Positions 48,876-59,325 are shown, numbered from the stretch's first letter. The stretch is DNA of 64,000 nt from Nitrospirota bacterium (GCA_963699545.1 CAVOUE010000006.1:128001-192000); one strand, 5' to 3'. Program-made: numbers and translations. Notes: generated by a model not told the origin, from the sequence alone.

Positions 48876-50244
48876 TTAATCTTTTTCCTCTTTCCGCCTC
48901 ATCGAAAAGACGTGCAGAAAAGCTATGCCGACGATCCCTGAGACGAAAGAAGCGATGAGGATCCCCACTTTTGCGAAATCGAGCATCAAAGGGTCTCTGA
49001 AAGAGAGTGAAGTGATAAAAAGTGACATGGTGAAGCCTATCCCTCCGAGAATGCCGGCGCCGATGATATGCGGCCAGGCCACACCCGCAGGCAGAGATGA
49101 CAGATTCTTCCTCGTGAAGAGATAGGAGAAGAGGACGATTCCTACCGGCTTGCCGAAGAGCAGGCCAAGGCCCACCCCAAGGGTCACAGGCGAGGTCAAT
49201 GCCTGAGCAACGTCAATCGTCCCAAGTGTGAGCCCGGCGTTGGCAAGCGCAAAGACGGGGATCACCAGATAAGCGACCCAGGGATGGAGGGAATGCTCGA
49301 GACGCTGGAGAGGCGTTTCCACGTCATGGCAGGCAAGCTCGATGGCTTGCACCGCATCCCGGTGCTTCTCATCCAGAAGGATAGAGTGGCCGCATCCGTC
49401 CGGGGGGCAGTGGAATTCCCCGAGGTACTTGCTGACCTCCCCGAGAAATCTGTCGGTGTCATATTTCCCCCTGGCAGGGATGCACATCGCAACGAGGACC
49501 CCTGCGACCGTGGCGTGGATCCCTGACCCGAGCAAGGCAAACCAGAGTCCGATCCCGAGCAGCGCGTAAACGAGTGTCCTCCTGACCCAGAGGAGGTTCG
49601 CAATGACCATAAGAATGACAGCCACAAGGCCGAGGGCAAGGGAGGACAGAGCGATTGTCTCTGTATAGAAGAGCGCGATCACGACAACGGCCCCAAGGTC
49701 ATCGGCTATAGCGAGGGCGGAAAGGAAGACCCTGAGTCCGAAGGGTATCTTCTTCCCGAGTATAAAGAGGGCGCCCAGCGCAAAGGCGATGTCCGTTGCC
49801 ATGGCTATACCCCATCCGTGGACGGTCGGCGTTCCGTGGTTGAAGGCGAAGTAGACGAGAGCCGGGAAAACCATCCCTCCAAGGGCGGCGCCGACAGGCA
49901 GGAGGGCCTTCTTCAAAGAAGCAAGCTCTCCGGTGCTGACTTCACGTTTGATCTCGAGCCCGACGATGAAAAAGAATATCGCCATGAGCCCTTCGTTGAT
50001 CCACTCGCGGAGACTCTTTACGACCGAGTATCCACCAAGGCCGATCGACAGTTCGGATTCCCAGAAGTGATGATAGGCAGCGCCAAATGGGGAATTCGCC
50101 CAGAGGAGGGCTATGGCTATGGCGCAAATGAGGAGGATGCTGCTCGAGGCCTCCGCCTCGAAAAAGAGATGGAAGGGCTTGATCAGCCCGGCCCGAAGCT
50201 TTTCAGGCTGTCAAAAGGTATTCCCTGAAGAATCTCTTCATCAT
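48876..50244 (-). CDS. nhaA: Na+/H+ antiporter (frameshift near 50210)
   Basis: WINEGLMAIFFFIVGLEIKRE, ATDIAF, AIADDLG, GKPVG, GIGFTMSLFI. Confidence 0.95.
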
Positions 50245-50383
50245 ACTTGTTTCTTCTCCGGCACACGATCAAATATCCCTCTGCTGTTCACGACACTTCT
50301 CGCCATGACTATGCGCTTCTCTGCATGAGCATATGCTCAACGATCGGTCCAAGGGCAAGCGCCGCAAAAAAGGTCAAGGCTCC
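50241..50383 (-). pseudogene. Remnant of a second kdpA 3' end / kdpB 5' end
   Basis: [24 protein letters not shown] then MARSVVNSRGIFD; junction TAGTCATGGCGA identical to the intact kdpA-kdpB junction. Confidence 0.85.
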
Positions 50384-50388
50384 GTCAA

Positions 50389-50775
50389 CTATTCGCGAGG
50401 AGACACGAGTATTGATTTGCCTTTTACGGTCTTCACAAGGTTGTGCTTCTCCACGAGGAAATCGACCACCTCATTCCACGATACACTCGTCAACTGCAGC
50501 GTGATCTTCCCCTGTATCCTCTTGTCGACGGTCAGCATATAGCCGTCCTGCCTCGCTATGTCGGAAAGGACGGTGAATATGCCGATGAGACTCGCTTCTT
50601 TGAAATCAAGGGTGACTTTCCTGCCGGTATATTTCACCGGCGTCTCCCGGCTTTTCTTGCCCGTATACTTCTCCAGGTCTTTATCCGTATAGATCTTCCT
50701 GCCCCCTGCAAAAACAAAGGACACGGCAAATAACACCAGCAAGGCCAGAGCGAACATCGTCGCCCGTTTCGTCAT
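50389..50775 (-). CDS. Small secreted protein with STN/secretin-N-like domain
   Basis: Signal peptide, IYTDKDLEKY, YTGRKVTLDFKEASL..IQGKITLQL..VSWNEV (PilQ-type N-domain pattern). Confidence 0.7.
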   Translation of the reverse strand: MTKRATMFALALLVLFAVSFVFAGGRKIYTDKDLEKYTGKKSRETPVKYTGRKVTLDFKEASLIGIFTVLSDIARQDGYMLTVDKRIQGKITLQLTSVSWNEVVDFLVEKHNLVKTVKGKSILVSPRE

Positions 50776-50970
50776 TGAACGCCTCCTCAAATCTATGCAC
50801 CATTATATCACGGCACGGCAGGGAGCAGTGTCCCGCGGCATATACAGACACGTGCGTTTTCCCCTCACGTCTGAGCATCGGGGTGTATGTCCAAAGCAAA
50901 AACAAAATTGACTTGGGAATAACCAATCTGATAGCATTCCCAGGAAATCCGGCACAGGAGGGATCGAACA

Positions 50971-51467
50971 ATGAAGCGCCTTTTCAGTCTTCCCTTAAAG
51001 ATCATGGTATCCCTTTTTCTCCTTGCAGTTCTGTTTTCCCCTGCCCTGCTTCTGTCAGCTGAGTTCGGGAGCGGGCAGGACCGCGCCGACCACGGTACCT
51101 TTGTGGTGAGCGGCATCGGATATCCGCCCATAAAGGCAGAGAATGCCGCCCAGGCCCGTTTGCTGGCGAGGAGGGCAGCTGTTGTCGATGCATACAGGAA
51201 TGCCCTGGCCGGCGCAGGGGCGTCAAATAATGATGAGCAGGCGTTTTATGCCGGTCTGTCGGGTTTCGTGAGGGGGCTGACCATAGAAAGAGAAGAATAC
51301 ATGGAGGACGGCAGCGTAAGGATCCTTGCGAGGGTCCCGGGAGAACCGTTGCCGTAACATCACCGAGACCCCGCGAAATCCTGCCTGAAAAAGGCCGGGG
51401 AGGACCGTCGCCGGTTCCCCTGAATGAATGGTACAGGATCATAGAACGCTCAGTAAGATTCGAATAG
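50971..51467 (+). CDS. LPP20/FlgP-like secreted protein 1 (probable frameshift near 51342)
   Basis: GIG..QARLLARRAAVVDAYRN..GFVRG..DG; a second frame stays open to TAG at 51467. Confidence 0.7.
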
Positions 51468-51485
51468 GATAAAAGAGGGGGTTGT

Positions 51486-51925
51486 ATGGAGAAGGGGCTG
51501 CATTGGAGGTTCGGGGTATTCCTCCCTTCGGTTATTCTGGCTGTCATTCTTTCCCTGCCTGCGCTGGCGGGCGCCCAGATGGAACCCGTGCCTCCCGCGC
51601 CTGCGGCAGACTTTGTAAGAGCAAAGGGCTATGGGATAGAGCCGCAGGATGCTTCTATGACCTCTGCAGAAAAGGCCCTCATGGCAAAGAGGGCTGCCAA
51701 GGTGGATGCCCTGAGAAACCTGGCGGAGCAGGTCAGGGGAGTGAGGATAACGAGCGATTCTTACGTCAGGGACTTCATCACCCAGAGCGACGAGATAAGG
51801 GCCAGGGTCAACACCTTCATTCAGGGAGCGAAGGTCGTATCGGAGCGGCAGATGCCCGACGGCAGCTATGAAGTGGAAGTGGAAGCCGAGCTGGAACCGT
51901 TAAGAAGGGATCTTTTCCAGATAAG
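51486..51925 (+). CDS. LPP20/FlgP-like secreted protein 2 (3' end uncertain)
   Basis: AKGYG..MAKRAAKVDALRNLAEQVRGVRITS..FIQGAKVV..DGSYEVEV; reads through into the next gene in this sequence. Confidence 0.75.
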
Positions 51926-51935
51926 GAGGGATGAC

Positions 51936-52354
51936 ATGTTGAAAATGAGAGCGGGTGTTATTCTGGCGGTCTGTCTCGTTATGACAGTGGCGGCTTGTTC
52001 TGCACAGCAAGTCGCGCCGGAGCCGGGGGCCGACTGGATCCCTGTAAGGATATCGGCCAAGGGCGCGGGAGCGCCACCCGCCACAGCGGTGAATCAGGCA
52101 CAGGCGCGGCTCATGGCGGAAAGGGCTGCAAAGGTGGATGCCCTGAGAAATCTCCTTGAGCAGGCTTATGGGGTGACCATATCCTCAAGCACTACGGTGC
52201 GGAACTTCATCACCGAGAACGATACCATACGGGCAAGAGTGGACGCATACATCAAAGGCGCAAGGATCGTTGATACCAGGTATCTGAGCGACGGCAGCGC
52301 CGAGGTCGAGATGGAGATCAGTCTCGACTATGAATTCAGGGGATCTTCCCGTGA
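51936..52354 (+). CDS. LPP20/FlgP-like lipoprotein 3
   Basis: Own RBS AAGGAGG, lipobox VAAC, same domain motif; the probable stop TGA at 52352-52354 overlaps the next GTG and needs one indel. Confidence 0.72.
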
Positions 52355-53532
52355 GGCATTTTCCCGGAAGACATGCATTGACTGTCGCGTGGGCTTTCCT
52401 CGCGGCGCTCTTCCTGCAGACCGCTCATGCTGAAGGGGGCGAACTCATCACTGCGGACGGCATGGCGGCCATAACAGGCGGCAACACGGTGATTGCCCGG
52501 GACAAGGCCATTGACGACGCCCTCAGAAAAGCGGTAGAGCAGGCAGTGGGTACCGTGGTATCCTCCGACACCATGACCGAGAACTACAGGGTCATACACG
52601 ACAAGATACTCGCCCGGACCGCAGGGTACGTCGAACGCTACAAGGTGATGTCCGAGAAATCCCGGGGGGATGTGTATGTAGTGACCATACAGGCCGAAGT
52701 GGGCAAGGCGGATCTCACGGACGACCTCCGCGCCCTCGGTTTCCTCCACGTCCTGAAGGAAAAGCCGAAGGTCATGGTGCTCATCGACGAAAAAGTGGGC
52801 GGTATGTACGGGACCACAGGATGGGAGAGCGTGGGACAGGCAGAGTCGACCATCATGGAAAAATTCATCGCCGCGGGATTTAATGTGGTGGACCCCGCCA
52901 CGGTAAAGGCGAACATCACGAGGGACGAGGCCCTCAGGATGCTTGAAGGGGATCCCGCAGCTTCTGCCGCAGAAGGTCTCAAGTACGAGGCCCAGATCGT
53001 GATTACGGGCAAGGCCTTTTCAAAGAATGCCGGGGGGAGGATCCTCGGGACAGGGATGCAATCCATCCAGGCGACCCTCCAGGCACGGGTGGTGCGGACC
53101 GATACCTCCAGGGTCATCTCCTCAAGGAGCGCTACCGGGGCGCAGGCACATATTGATGAACTGCAGGGCGGTGCCCTTGCCATCAGGGAGGCCAGCGAAC
53201 AACTCGCCGATGCCCTGATGCAGGACATCATAAAACAATGGAGCGGAGAAGTGTATGGCCGCTCCCAGGAGATGACCATCATGATCAGCGGGCTGTCCTC
53301 ATACAACCAGCTGGCCGCCATCAAGAAGTTTCTCGAAAAGGAGGCTCAGGGGGTGAAGGCGGTACACCAGAGGAGTTTTACCGGAGGCGTGGCAGAGTTA
53401 TCCCTGGATTACGGCGGCAAGTCCGGCACTATCGCCGATGAGCTTGCGAACAGGAAATTCCCGGGGTTCAGCCTTGAGCCCACCAATGTGACACCAAACA
53501 GGGTCGATGTAAGATCGGTCACGGGAAAATGA
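52351..53532 (+). CDS. FlgT N-terminal-domain-containing secreted protein
   Basis: ADG.A..ARDKAIDDALRKAVEQAVG..V.S.T pattern, followed by an alpha/beta middle domain. Confidence 0.7.
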   Translation: MRHFPGRHALTVAWAFLAALFLQTAHAEGGELITADGMAAITGGNTVIARDKAIDDALRKAVEQAVGTVVSSDTMTENYRVIHDKILARTAGYVERYKVMSEKSRGDVYVVTIQAEVGKADLTDDLRALGFLHVLKEKPKVMVLIDEKVGGMYGTTGWESVGQAESTIMEKFIAAGFNVVDPATVKANITRDEALRMLEGDPAASAAEGLKYEAQIVITGKAFSKNAGGRILGTGMQSIQATLQARVVRTDTSRVISSRSATGAQAHIDELQGGALAIREASEQLADALMQDIIKQWSGEVYGRSQEMTIMISGLSSYNQLAAIKKFLEKEAQGVKAVHQRSFTGGVAELSLDYGGKSGTIADELANRKFPGFSLEPTNVTPNRVDVRSVTGK

Positions 53533-54508
53533 TGAACATATGTCGTCTCATGGGGTTAGCCCTTTTCTCCTCCCTCATCATTCTTTTTGCATCTGCAGGA
53601 ACCACCGGCGCAGCTTCAGAAAGGAAGTGGGCACGGTAAAAGACATGAGGGGTTCAGCCAGTATCCAGAGGGAAAAAGAGACGGTCGACGCCAGGAAAAG
53701 CGAGCCCATCTTCAAGGCTGATACGGTAAAGACCTTTGACAAGTCGAAAATGAAGCTGCTCTTCACGGACGACTCGCTGCTGATGATCGGAGAAAATTCC
53801 CGGGTGCTCGTATCGACCATCATAGACAAAAAGGGCAGGACCAATGTGTTCAATCTCGCCGACGGCACAGTGAATGTGATCGTCGGGAAATCGGGACTGG
53901 AGATCCATTCCCCCACCTCGATCTCGGCGGCCCGGGGGACTTCCTATGTCGTGTGGGTCGAAAATGATGGAACACAGAGAACCGGGGTGGCGGTCTCGGA
54001 GGGAAGAGTCGAACTAAGGAACAGTGAGGAAGCCGTCACAGAGAAAGTCGTCGTCCCTGCGGGAAAGATGTCCTTCGTCGAGAAGGGAAAGATACCGTCA
54101 CCGGCGGTGGTGGCCCCCCCTGAAGTCATCCAGGTTCTGTATAAGAAGACCCTTGAGCAGGAAGAGATATGGGGCCCGGTGGTCCTCAGGGCAAAGGGGA
54201 GCGCCATCCCTCCTCCGGATTCTGTAAACCCTGCGCAGGCCCGGCTGATGGCCCTCAGGGGAGCCAAGATCGAGGCATTAAGGAACCTCCTTGAGCAGTC
54301 TTACAGCGTCACCGTCACCTCTGATTCCACTCTGCGGGATTATGTGCTCAGGAGCGACACCGTAAAGGCGAAGATTGAAGGTTTTATAAAGGGCGCCTGG
54401 GTGTCGGAAGAGAGGCTCCTTGCCGACGGCAGCTATGAGGTGGAGATGGAAATAGGACTGGGTATCGGCTTCAGGAGGATGCTGCTGGAGCAGGGAGACA
54501 CGAAATGA
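53529..54508 (+). CDS. FecR-domain protein with C-terminal LPP20/FlgP-like domain (frameshift near 53620)
   Basis: Signal peptide in the frame from 53529; DTVKT..LLFTDDS..IGENS..AARGT..VSEGRV (FecR); QARLMALRGAKIEALRNL (LPP20-like). Confidence 0.75.
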
Positions 54509-54702
54509 CGATGCCTGTGAAAACGAATATCTGCAGGAGCGGTGTGAAAACATCGGGATGCTGCCGGTAGTAAGCGCAAGTCTGTTCGCGCAGAGGTCCT
54601 TCGCTTGTTGATTTGTTGATTTTGGCTGTTCTATAATTTTGACGGAACCATACACCGTCACATGGCATGTCAGGATAAGAAGAAATAAAGGGGAGGGAGT
54701 GT

Positions 54703-55704
54703 ATGAAAAATAAACCGCTGTTGTTCCTCGTCTGTATCATATGTGCTCTTGGTGTCACAGCAGCCTTTGCTCTCGGTCAGGCGTCCGCCCTGAATGCGGG
54801 GGGACCGGAGGTCATGATGCTTGCGCAGGCAGATCTTTCTGGTTCCCCGGAGCATACGTGGCCGGCTTACACCGGGCCTAAGAAGAGAATTGCGGTGACC
54901 AAGTTCGAGAATAAGGTGACCGGTGTATACGGCAACTGGAGGCTGGGTGACGGTTTTGCTGAAATGCTCACTACGGAACTCATGAAGACGGGTCAATTTG
55001 TCGTGGTTGAACGCCAGGCATTGCAGGATGTCCTCGGCGAACAGGAACTGGGTCAGTCAGGGGTGGTCAGGAAAGAGAGTGCTGCAAAGGTCGGCCAGGT
55101 GCTGGGAGCTCAGATCATCATCAGAGGCGTGGTGTCGGAATTCACTCTCAATGAGTCGGGGGGCGGTGGCGGCATTGGCATAGCAGGCTTCAGGGTCGGT
55201 GGCAGGTCATCCAACGCCCATGTTGCCGTTGATATAAGGCTCATAGATACCACCACCGGGCAGGTGCTGCAGTCCCACAACGCTGTCGGGAAGGCGGAAT
55301 CAAGCGGCGTCAACGTAGGCGTCTCGCGAGGAAACGTTGATTTCGGCGCGGCCGCCTTTCAGAATACCCCCCTTGGTCAGGCGACACGGCAGGCGATCCA
55401 TGACGCAGTCCATTTCATCATGCTCAATATGGAAAGAATGCCCTTCACCGCCAAGGTGGTGAAAGTGGAAGGGAACAAGGTGTACATAAACGCCGGCTCG
55501 CAGATGAATATCAAACACGGGTTCAAGTTCTCTGCCTACTCGGTAGGCGAGGATATCGTCGATCCCGATTCAGGATTAAAACTGGGGGCCGATGAAAAGC
55601 TTGCGGGAACCGTGGAGGTGAGGGACGTCCAGGAGAAGTATTCGATCGGCTCCCTGATGTCGGGAAGCGGACTCAAGAGAGGGGATGTCCTTAAGCTCCA
55701 GTAA
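54703..55704 (+). CDS. CsgG/HfaB-family protein with FlgT C-terminal-like domain
   Basis: KRIAVTKF, MLTTEL..F.VVERQ.L..VL.EQ.L, VDIRLIDTTTG; tail VYINAG..DPDSG..LG..GD. Confidence 0.82.
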   Translation: MKNKPLLFLVCIICALGVTAAFALGQASALNAGGPEVMMLAQADLSGSPEHTWPAYTGPKKRIAVTKFENKVTGVYGNWRLGDGFAEMLTTELMKTGQFVVVERQALQDVLGEQELGQSGVVRKESAAKVGQVLGAQIIIRGVVSEFTLNESGGGGGIGIAGFRVGGRSSNAHVAVDIRLIDTTTGQVLQSHNAVGKAESSGVNVGVSRGNVDFGAAAFQNTPLGQATRQAIHDAVHFIMLNMERMPFTAKVVKVEGNKVYINAGSQMNIKHGFKFSAYSVGEDIVDPDSGLKLGADEKLAGTVEVRDVQEKYSIGSLMSGSGLKRGDVLKLQ

Positions 55705-55726
55705 GAAATACCTTTTCCTACGATGC

Positions 55727-55764
55727 AGGAAGGGGGTCGGCGACATGTCGCCGACCCCCTTCCT
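55727..55764. terminator. Perfect 38-bp palindrome between convergent operons
   Basis: AGGAAGGGGGTCGGCGACA|TGTCGCCGACCCCCTTCCT. Confidence 0.6.
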
Positions 55765-55795
55765 CGTTCCTGTGAGAAAGAGAACAGATCTCTTC

Positions 55796-56568
55796 TTATT
55801 GCACGTGGCATTTCCCGCAGTCTGTCGAGGGAAAAGCCTTTTCCCCGTTATGACAGGAGCCGCAGTATTTGCCGTTATACATGGCGTCCATGTTCATCTT
55901 CTTCTGGGTCCTCTTCATATCGAAGACCTTCGGATGGCAATTGTCGCAGGGGAATATCTGGGTGTGGAATTCATGGCTGAAAGAGACGTTCCCTATGCCT
56001 TCCACTTTGTACGTAACGGACTTCTTGAATCCCTTCGCCTCATGACACTTTCCGCAATCAGAAGATGAGAACGCCTTTTTCCCATCGTGACAGGCACCAC
56101 AGTATCTTCCCTGGTAGATGGCTTCCATGGTCATCCTGCTTGTACCCTTCTTCATCGGGAAGATCCTGTGTGGCACTCCTTGCATCCCAGCTTTGTGTGG
56201 GACTCGTGGTTGAATTTTGCCGGGTACCCTGACGCGGCATACGTGAACGTCTTAATGCTGTGGCAGGTATTGCAGACCGTCATGTCGGTCTTCATGAAAC
56301 GGTGCGCTTCGAAACGGTGACACTGGTTGCAGTGATATCCTGCGTTCATGTGGAGACCGTGAGGAAAGGCCCCTTTCGCCGGGGAGACGAACTTCTGATA
56401 CGAGTGGCACTTGAAGCAGGGGAGTTCCCCCATGACCTCATCCCGGCTGACCACCCTCTCCTGGGGTTTCTCCACCTTTTCCTTCTCCATATGGGGAGAA
56501 CATGAGGCAGAAAGGACAAACAGGCAAACGTATATGCACCATCTCATTTGATATGCCCTCCGTCCCAT
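55796..56568 (-). CDS. Nonaheme cytochrome c lipoprotein with tandem c7-type domains (frameshift near 56160)
   Basis: Nine CxxCH across two frames; F.H..H and M..M..G.YCG.CH.G..AF repeats; lipobox LSASC. Confidence 0.85.
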
Positions 56569-56572
56569 CGGC

Positions 56573-57316
56573 CTAAGACTTCCCTGGCTTCCTGAAGGAT
56601 GCGGGATTTTCCTTCATTTCCAGTTCATATTCGAGGGGATGCTCCTCCTTGAAGTGATGCATCGAGAGCCTGCCGGTGATCCATGTCATGCTCATGGGGA
56701 AGTTCTCCCACTTCAGGTGCTCGCCGTAGAAGTGCATGATGAGAATATAGGTGATGGCCAGCAATGCCTCATCACTGTGGAGGATAAAGAAGACCTCCCA
56801 TATCCAGTTGGCGCTCCACTGGGGGATGAAATTGGCGGCCTGAGTCGGAAAGGTGAGCACAAAACCCGACAACCCGATGATCGCCATGCCCCAGAAGACC
56901 GCCCAGTAGTCGAACTTCTGAATGTAGTTGTACCTTCCGAACTTGGGCTTTGTGTCACCCATCCCGAGGAAATAGAGGATGTTCTGGATTGCGTTCTTTA
57001 TATCGCTGGGAACAGGAACAATGGTGGTGACGGGGTCGAATTTCATCTTCCCGGTGAGGAGCATATAGACCATATAGAGCACGTGCCATATGAAATCCAG
57101 GAGCATGATCACCCCGGCCACCCTGTGGATGATGCCCGCCGTCTTGGCCCCTCCCCAGAGCCGTATCCACCAGCCCGTATGCTCAAGGACCGCTTCCGGG
57201 TACTTAAGGGACCACCCGGTAAAGGCCAAAAGCAGGAACGTCACGAGGAGGATGACGTGCTGGATCCTGAAGGTCACATTAAATCGCTGAAATTCTGCTG
57301 GTCTTGCATCAGTCAT
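56573..57316 (-). CDS. Membrane cytochrome b (CbcB/FdnI-like)
   Basis: RIQH..FTG, IHRVAG, FGRYNYIQKFDYWAVFWG, HSDEALLA, EEHPLE. Confidence 0.85.
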   Translation of the reverse strand: MTDARPAEFQRFNVTFRIQHVILLVTFLLLAFTGWSLKYPEAVLEHTGWWIRLWGGAKTAGIIHRVAGVIMLLDFIWHVLYMVYMLLTGKMKFDPVTTIVPVPSDIKNAIQNILYFLGMGDTKPKFGRYNYIQKFDYWAVFWGMAIIGLSGFVLTFPTQAANFIPQWSANWIWEVFFILHSDEALLAITYILIMHFYGEHLKWENFPMSMTWITGRLSMHHFKEEHPLEYELEMKENPASFRKPGKS

Positions 57317-58247
57317 GGGGTCCCTCCTTTTTCCTTCTGAAAACACGGTCTCTGATATCTGCGAACGCCTCCAGAAAGACATGGAATATGACAAAGGCTA
57401 TGGTCCCGGCAGTCAGTATGATAAGTCCCTTTTCCGCATAGAAGGGAATGGGGTTGTGTTTGCCGGTAGGTTTATGGGTGATGGAGGCCACAAACTTCTT
57501 GTTTGCACCGGGATGGCATTTCCCGCACGTGACGGTCCTCTTCTCCCACGACACAGGGGAAGCAGGGTCGTCCCATTTCTTAATATCATGCGCACCGTGG
57601 CAGTCGACGCAGGTGGGTGCCCCGGGATGTCCGAGCTTGTATTTCTTCCCGTGGAAGCTTTCATCATATTTCTCCACGATGTGCGTCCCGAGATTGTATT
57701 TCTTGGCGATCTCCTCTTTGTCGTGGCATTCGCCGCAGCCCTTCACCACATTCCACCGGTTCGCCATAGACTCGCGGGATTTCCCCGGCATAATGTAGTG
57801 GGGTGAGCCGTGACAGTCTGCACAGAGGGCTCCGTCCGACTGCTTCTTTTCCATAACGTTCCTGCCGTGAACGCTTTCCGATACCCGTTTGTAGATATCC
57901 CCGTGACATTCACTGCATGCGGCATACGCGACGGGATCCACCTTTGCCTTCGGGGAAACACGGCTCGCAAGCTCTGCCAGATCCCTGGGCGCCTCCGCCT
58001 TTGGCGGTTCATGGGGGTTATCCTTGAATGTCTTGTGACATGCGGTACATCCGATCCCGCCATGGACAGACCGGGAGAACCGCGCTTCATCGAGATGGAC
58101 ATCTATGAGCAGTCCCTTATCGGTCCTGATCTTGCCTTTCATGGCGCCGTGGCAGGCAAGGCAGGTAAATGTTTCGGCAGATGCTGGCGGTGAAAGAAAA
58201 TGCAATGATACCAACAGGAGTGCCAGTAACAGCAGAACCTTTTTCAT
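57309..58247 (-). CDS. Heptaheme cytochrome c with C-terminal membrane anchor (CbcA-like)
   Basis: Signal peptide; seven CxxCH (CLACH, CTACH, CSECH, CADCH, CGECH, CVDCH, CGKCH); C-terminal TM helix. Confidence 0.88.
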   Translation of the reverse strand: MKKVLLLLALLLVSLHFLSPPASAETFTCLACHGAMKGKIRTDKGLLIDVHLDEARFSRSVHGGIGCTACHKTFKDNPHEPPKAEAPRDLAELASRVSPKAKVDPVAYAACSECHGDIYKRVSESVHGRNVMEKKQSDGALCADCHGSPHYIMPGKSRESMANRWNVVKGCGECHDKEEIAKKYNLGTHIVEKYDESFHGKKYKLGHPGAPTCVDCHGAHDIKKWDDPASPVSWEKRTVTCGKCHPGANKKFVASITHKPTGKHNPIPFYAEKGLIILTAGTIAFVIFHVFLEAFADIRDRVFRRKKEGPHD

Positions 58248-58507
58248 GTATCCTCCTCTATATAAAAGTCTGACAGGCAACGCCTGCATATACGAATTAT
58301 CCACGCTGTTGGAAGGCTCCTTGCGTGACAGGTGAAGAAGGCGCCCGGAGAGCCGGCATGAGAAACTTCAGGAAAAGCTCTTCTCCTTTTACAGTACACC
58401 CCTTCCAGTCCCCTCCATCCAGAAGTGATCAATGCACACGATTTTACAATGAGCCATCTAATTTTTCAATTAAAAAATATTATGGATTTATAACTATAGC
58501 CGGGCAC

Positions 58508-58538
58508 AAAGAAAGGAGAGGCGTTTGCCTCTCCCTTC
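58508..58538 (-). terminator. Intrinsic terminator after the membrane-protein pair
   Basis: GGAGAGGC/GCCTCTCC stem followed by TTTCTTT on the minus strand. Confidence 0.65.
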
Positions 58539-58565
58539 GGACGGTTGTCATCGGTACGCGGAAGG

Positions 58566-58901
58566 TTATTCAGCCTTGACGTGTGCTTCCTCTGCAGGGG
58601 CCTTCGCACCGGCGCTTGAGAGCGCCTCGGTCAGATAGCCCACCATCGTCCCGAATATGGCTCCCACCACGATGGTCACTGATGCTATGCAGGTGATACC
58701 TACCAGCACTCCCATTGCCACCGCTACCCTCACCAGCACTGATGCCTCCAGCGGCCCTCCGAACAGGTGGTTCAGAAGTACCAGCGTCCCGTAACTGCCA
58801 AAGTAAAACCCCGGTACGATCCCGAATGCCAGAAATGCGATCCCTCCCAGTACTGCTCCCACCTTCGTCCCCATCCTTACCATCTCTTTCCTTGCTTTCA
58901 T
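58566..58901 (-). CDS. Gly-rich small membrane protein (paralog B)
   Basis: AAGGAGG RBS; hydrophobic GxxxG-rich helices; similar to 58956-59270. Confidence 0.8.
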   Translation of the reverse strand: MKARKEMVRMGTKVGAVLGGIAFLAFGIVPGFYFGSYGTLVLLNHLFGGPLEASVLVRVAVAMGVLVGITCIASVTIVVGAIFGTMVGYLTEALSSAGAKAPAEEAHVKAE

Positions 58902-58955
58902 CGTCTTGCCCTCCTTATTAATATTCCTCTCCGGGTATCCCGGAGTACTCCGTAT

Positions 58956-59270
58956 CTATTTCTTGACCTCTGCGGTCACTGTCTTGCCTGCCGTCAAAGT
59001 ATCAATCACATACCCGATAAGCCAGCCTGCCACTGTTGCGCCCGATATGAAGATGATGCCTGATACCAGTACTCCCATAAGCATCGATATGCCTACGATC
59101 AGTCTCGGCACAAGCGCCGAACTCACCGGCATCCCAAAAAGGCTCCCCGCTATGTTCAACCCCACTACTCCGCCAAGAAAAGAACCGGGCAGCAGCCCCA
59201 CTACCGCAAAAAGCACCAGTCCTGCACCTGCCCCTATGTATGCCATCTTTCTTGCCATCTCTTTTTTCAT
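58956..59270 (-). CDS. Gly-rich small membrane protein (paralog A)
   Basis: AAGGAG RBS; YIGAGAGLVLFAVVGLLPGSFLGG hydrophobic helices. Confidence 0.8.
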   Translation of the reverse strand: MKKEMARKMAYIGAGAGLVLFAVVGLLPGSFLGGVVGLNIAGSLFGMPVSSALVPRLIVGISMLMGVLVSGIIFISGATVAGWLIGYVIDTLTAGKTVTAEVKK

Positions 59271-59309
59271 CTCCTTGTCCTCCTTCCTTTTGACTTCATT
59301 ACTATACAA

Positions 59310-59325
59310 AGCAGGTTCCATGCCA
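59310..59325 (-). promoter_or_regulatory. Sigma54 (-24/-12) promoter
   Basis: TGGCATGGAACCTGCT with correctly spaced GG and GC; upstream palindrome TTTTGCA-GAAA-TGCAAAA at 59398-59415. Confidence 0.65.

Noticed and set aside
51486-52433. Single 315-aa tandem-LPP20 protein as given in the ORF track
   Set aside because: An internal AAGGAGG RBS, second signal peptide and lipobox at 51936 indicate two genes joined by a probable indel
58250-58460. Riboswitch in the leader of the cytochrome operon
   Set aside because: Checked by eye for GEMM-I motifs on the minus strand and found none; a covariance-model search would be needed to exclude other classes
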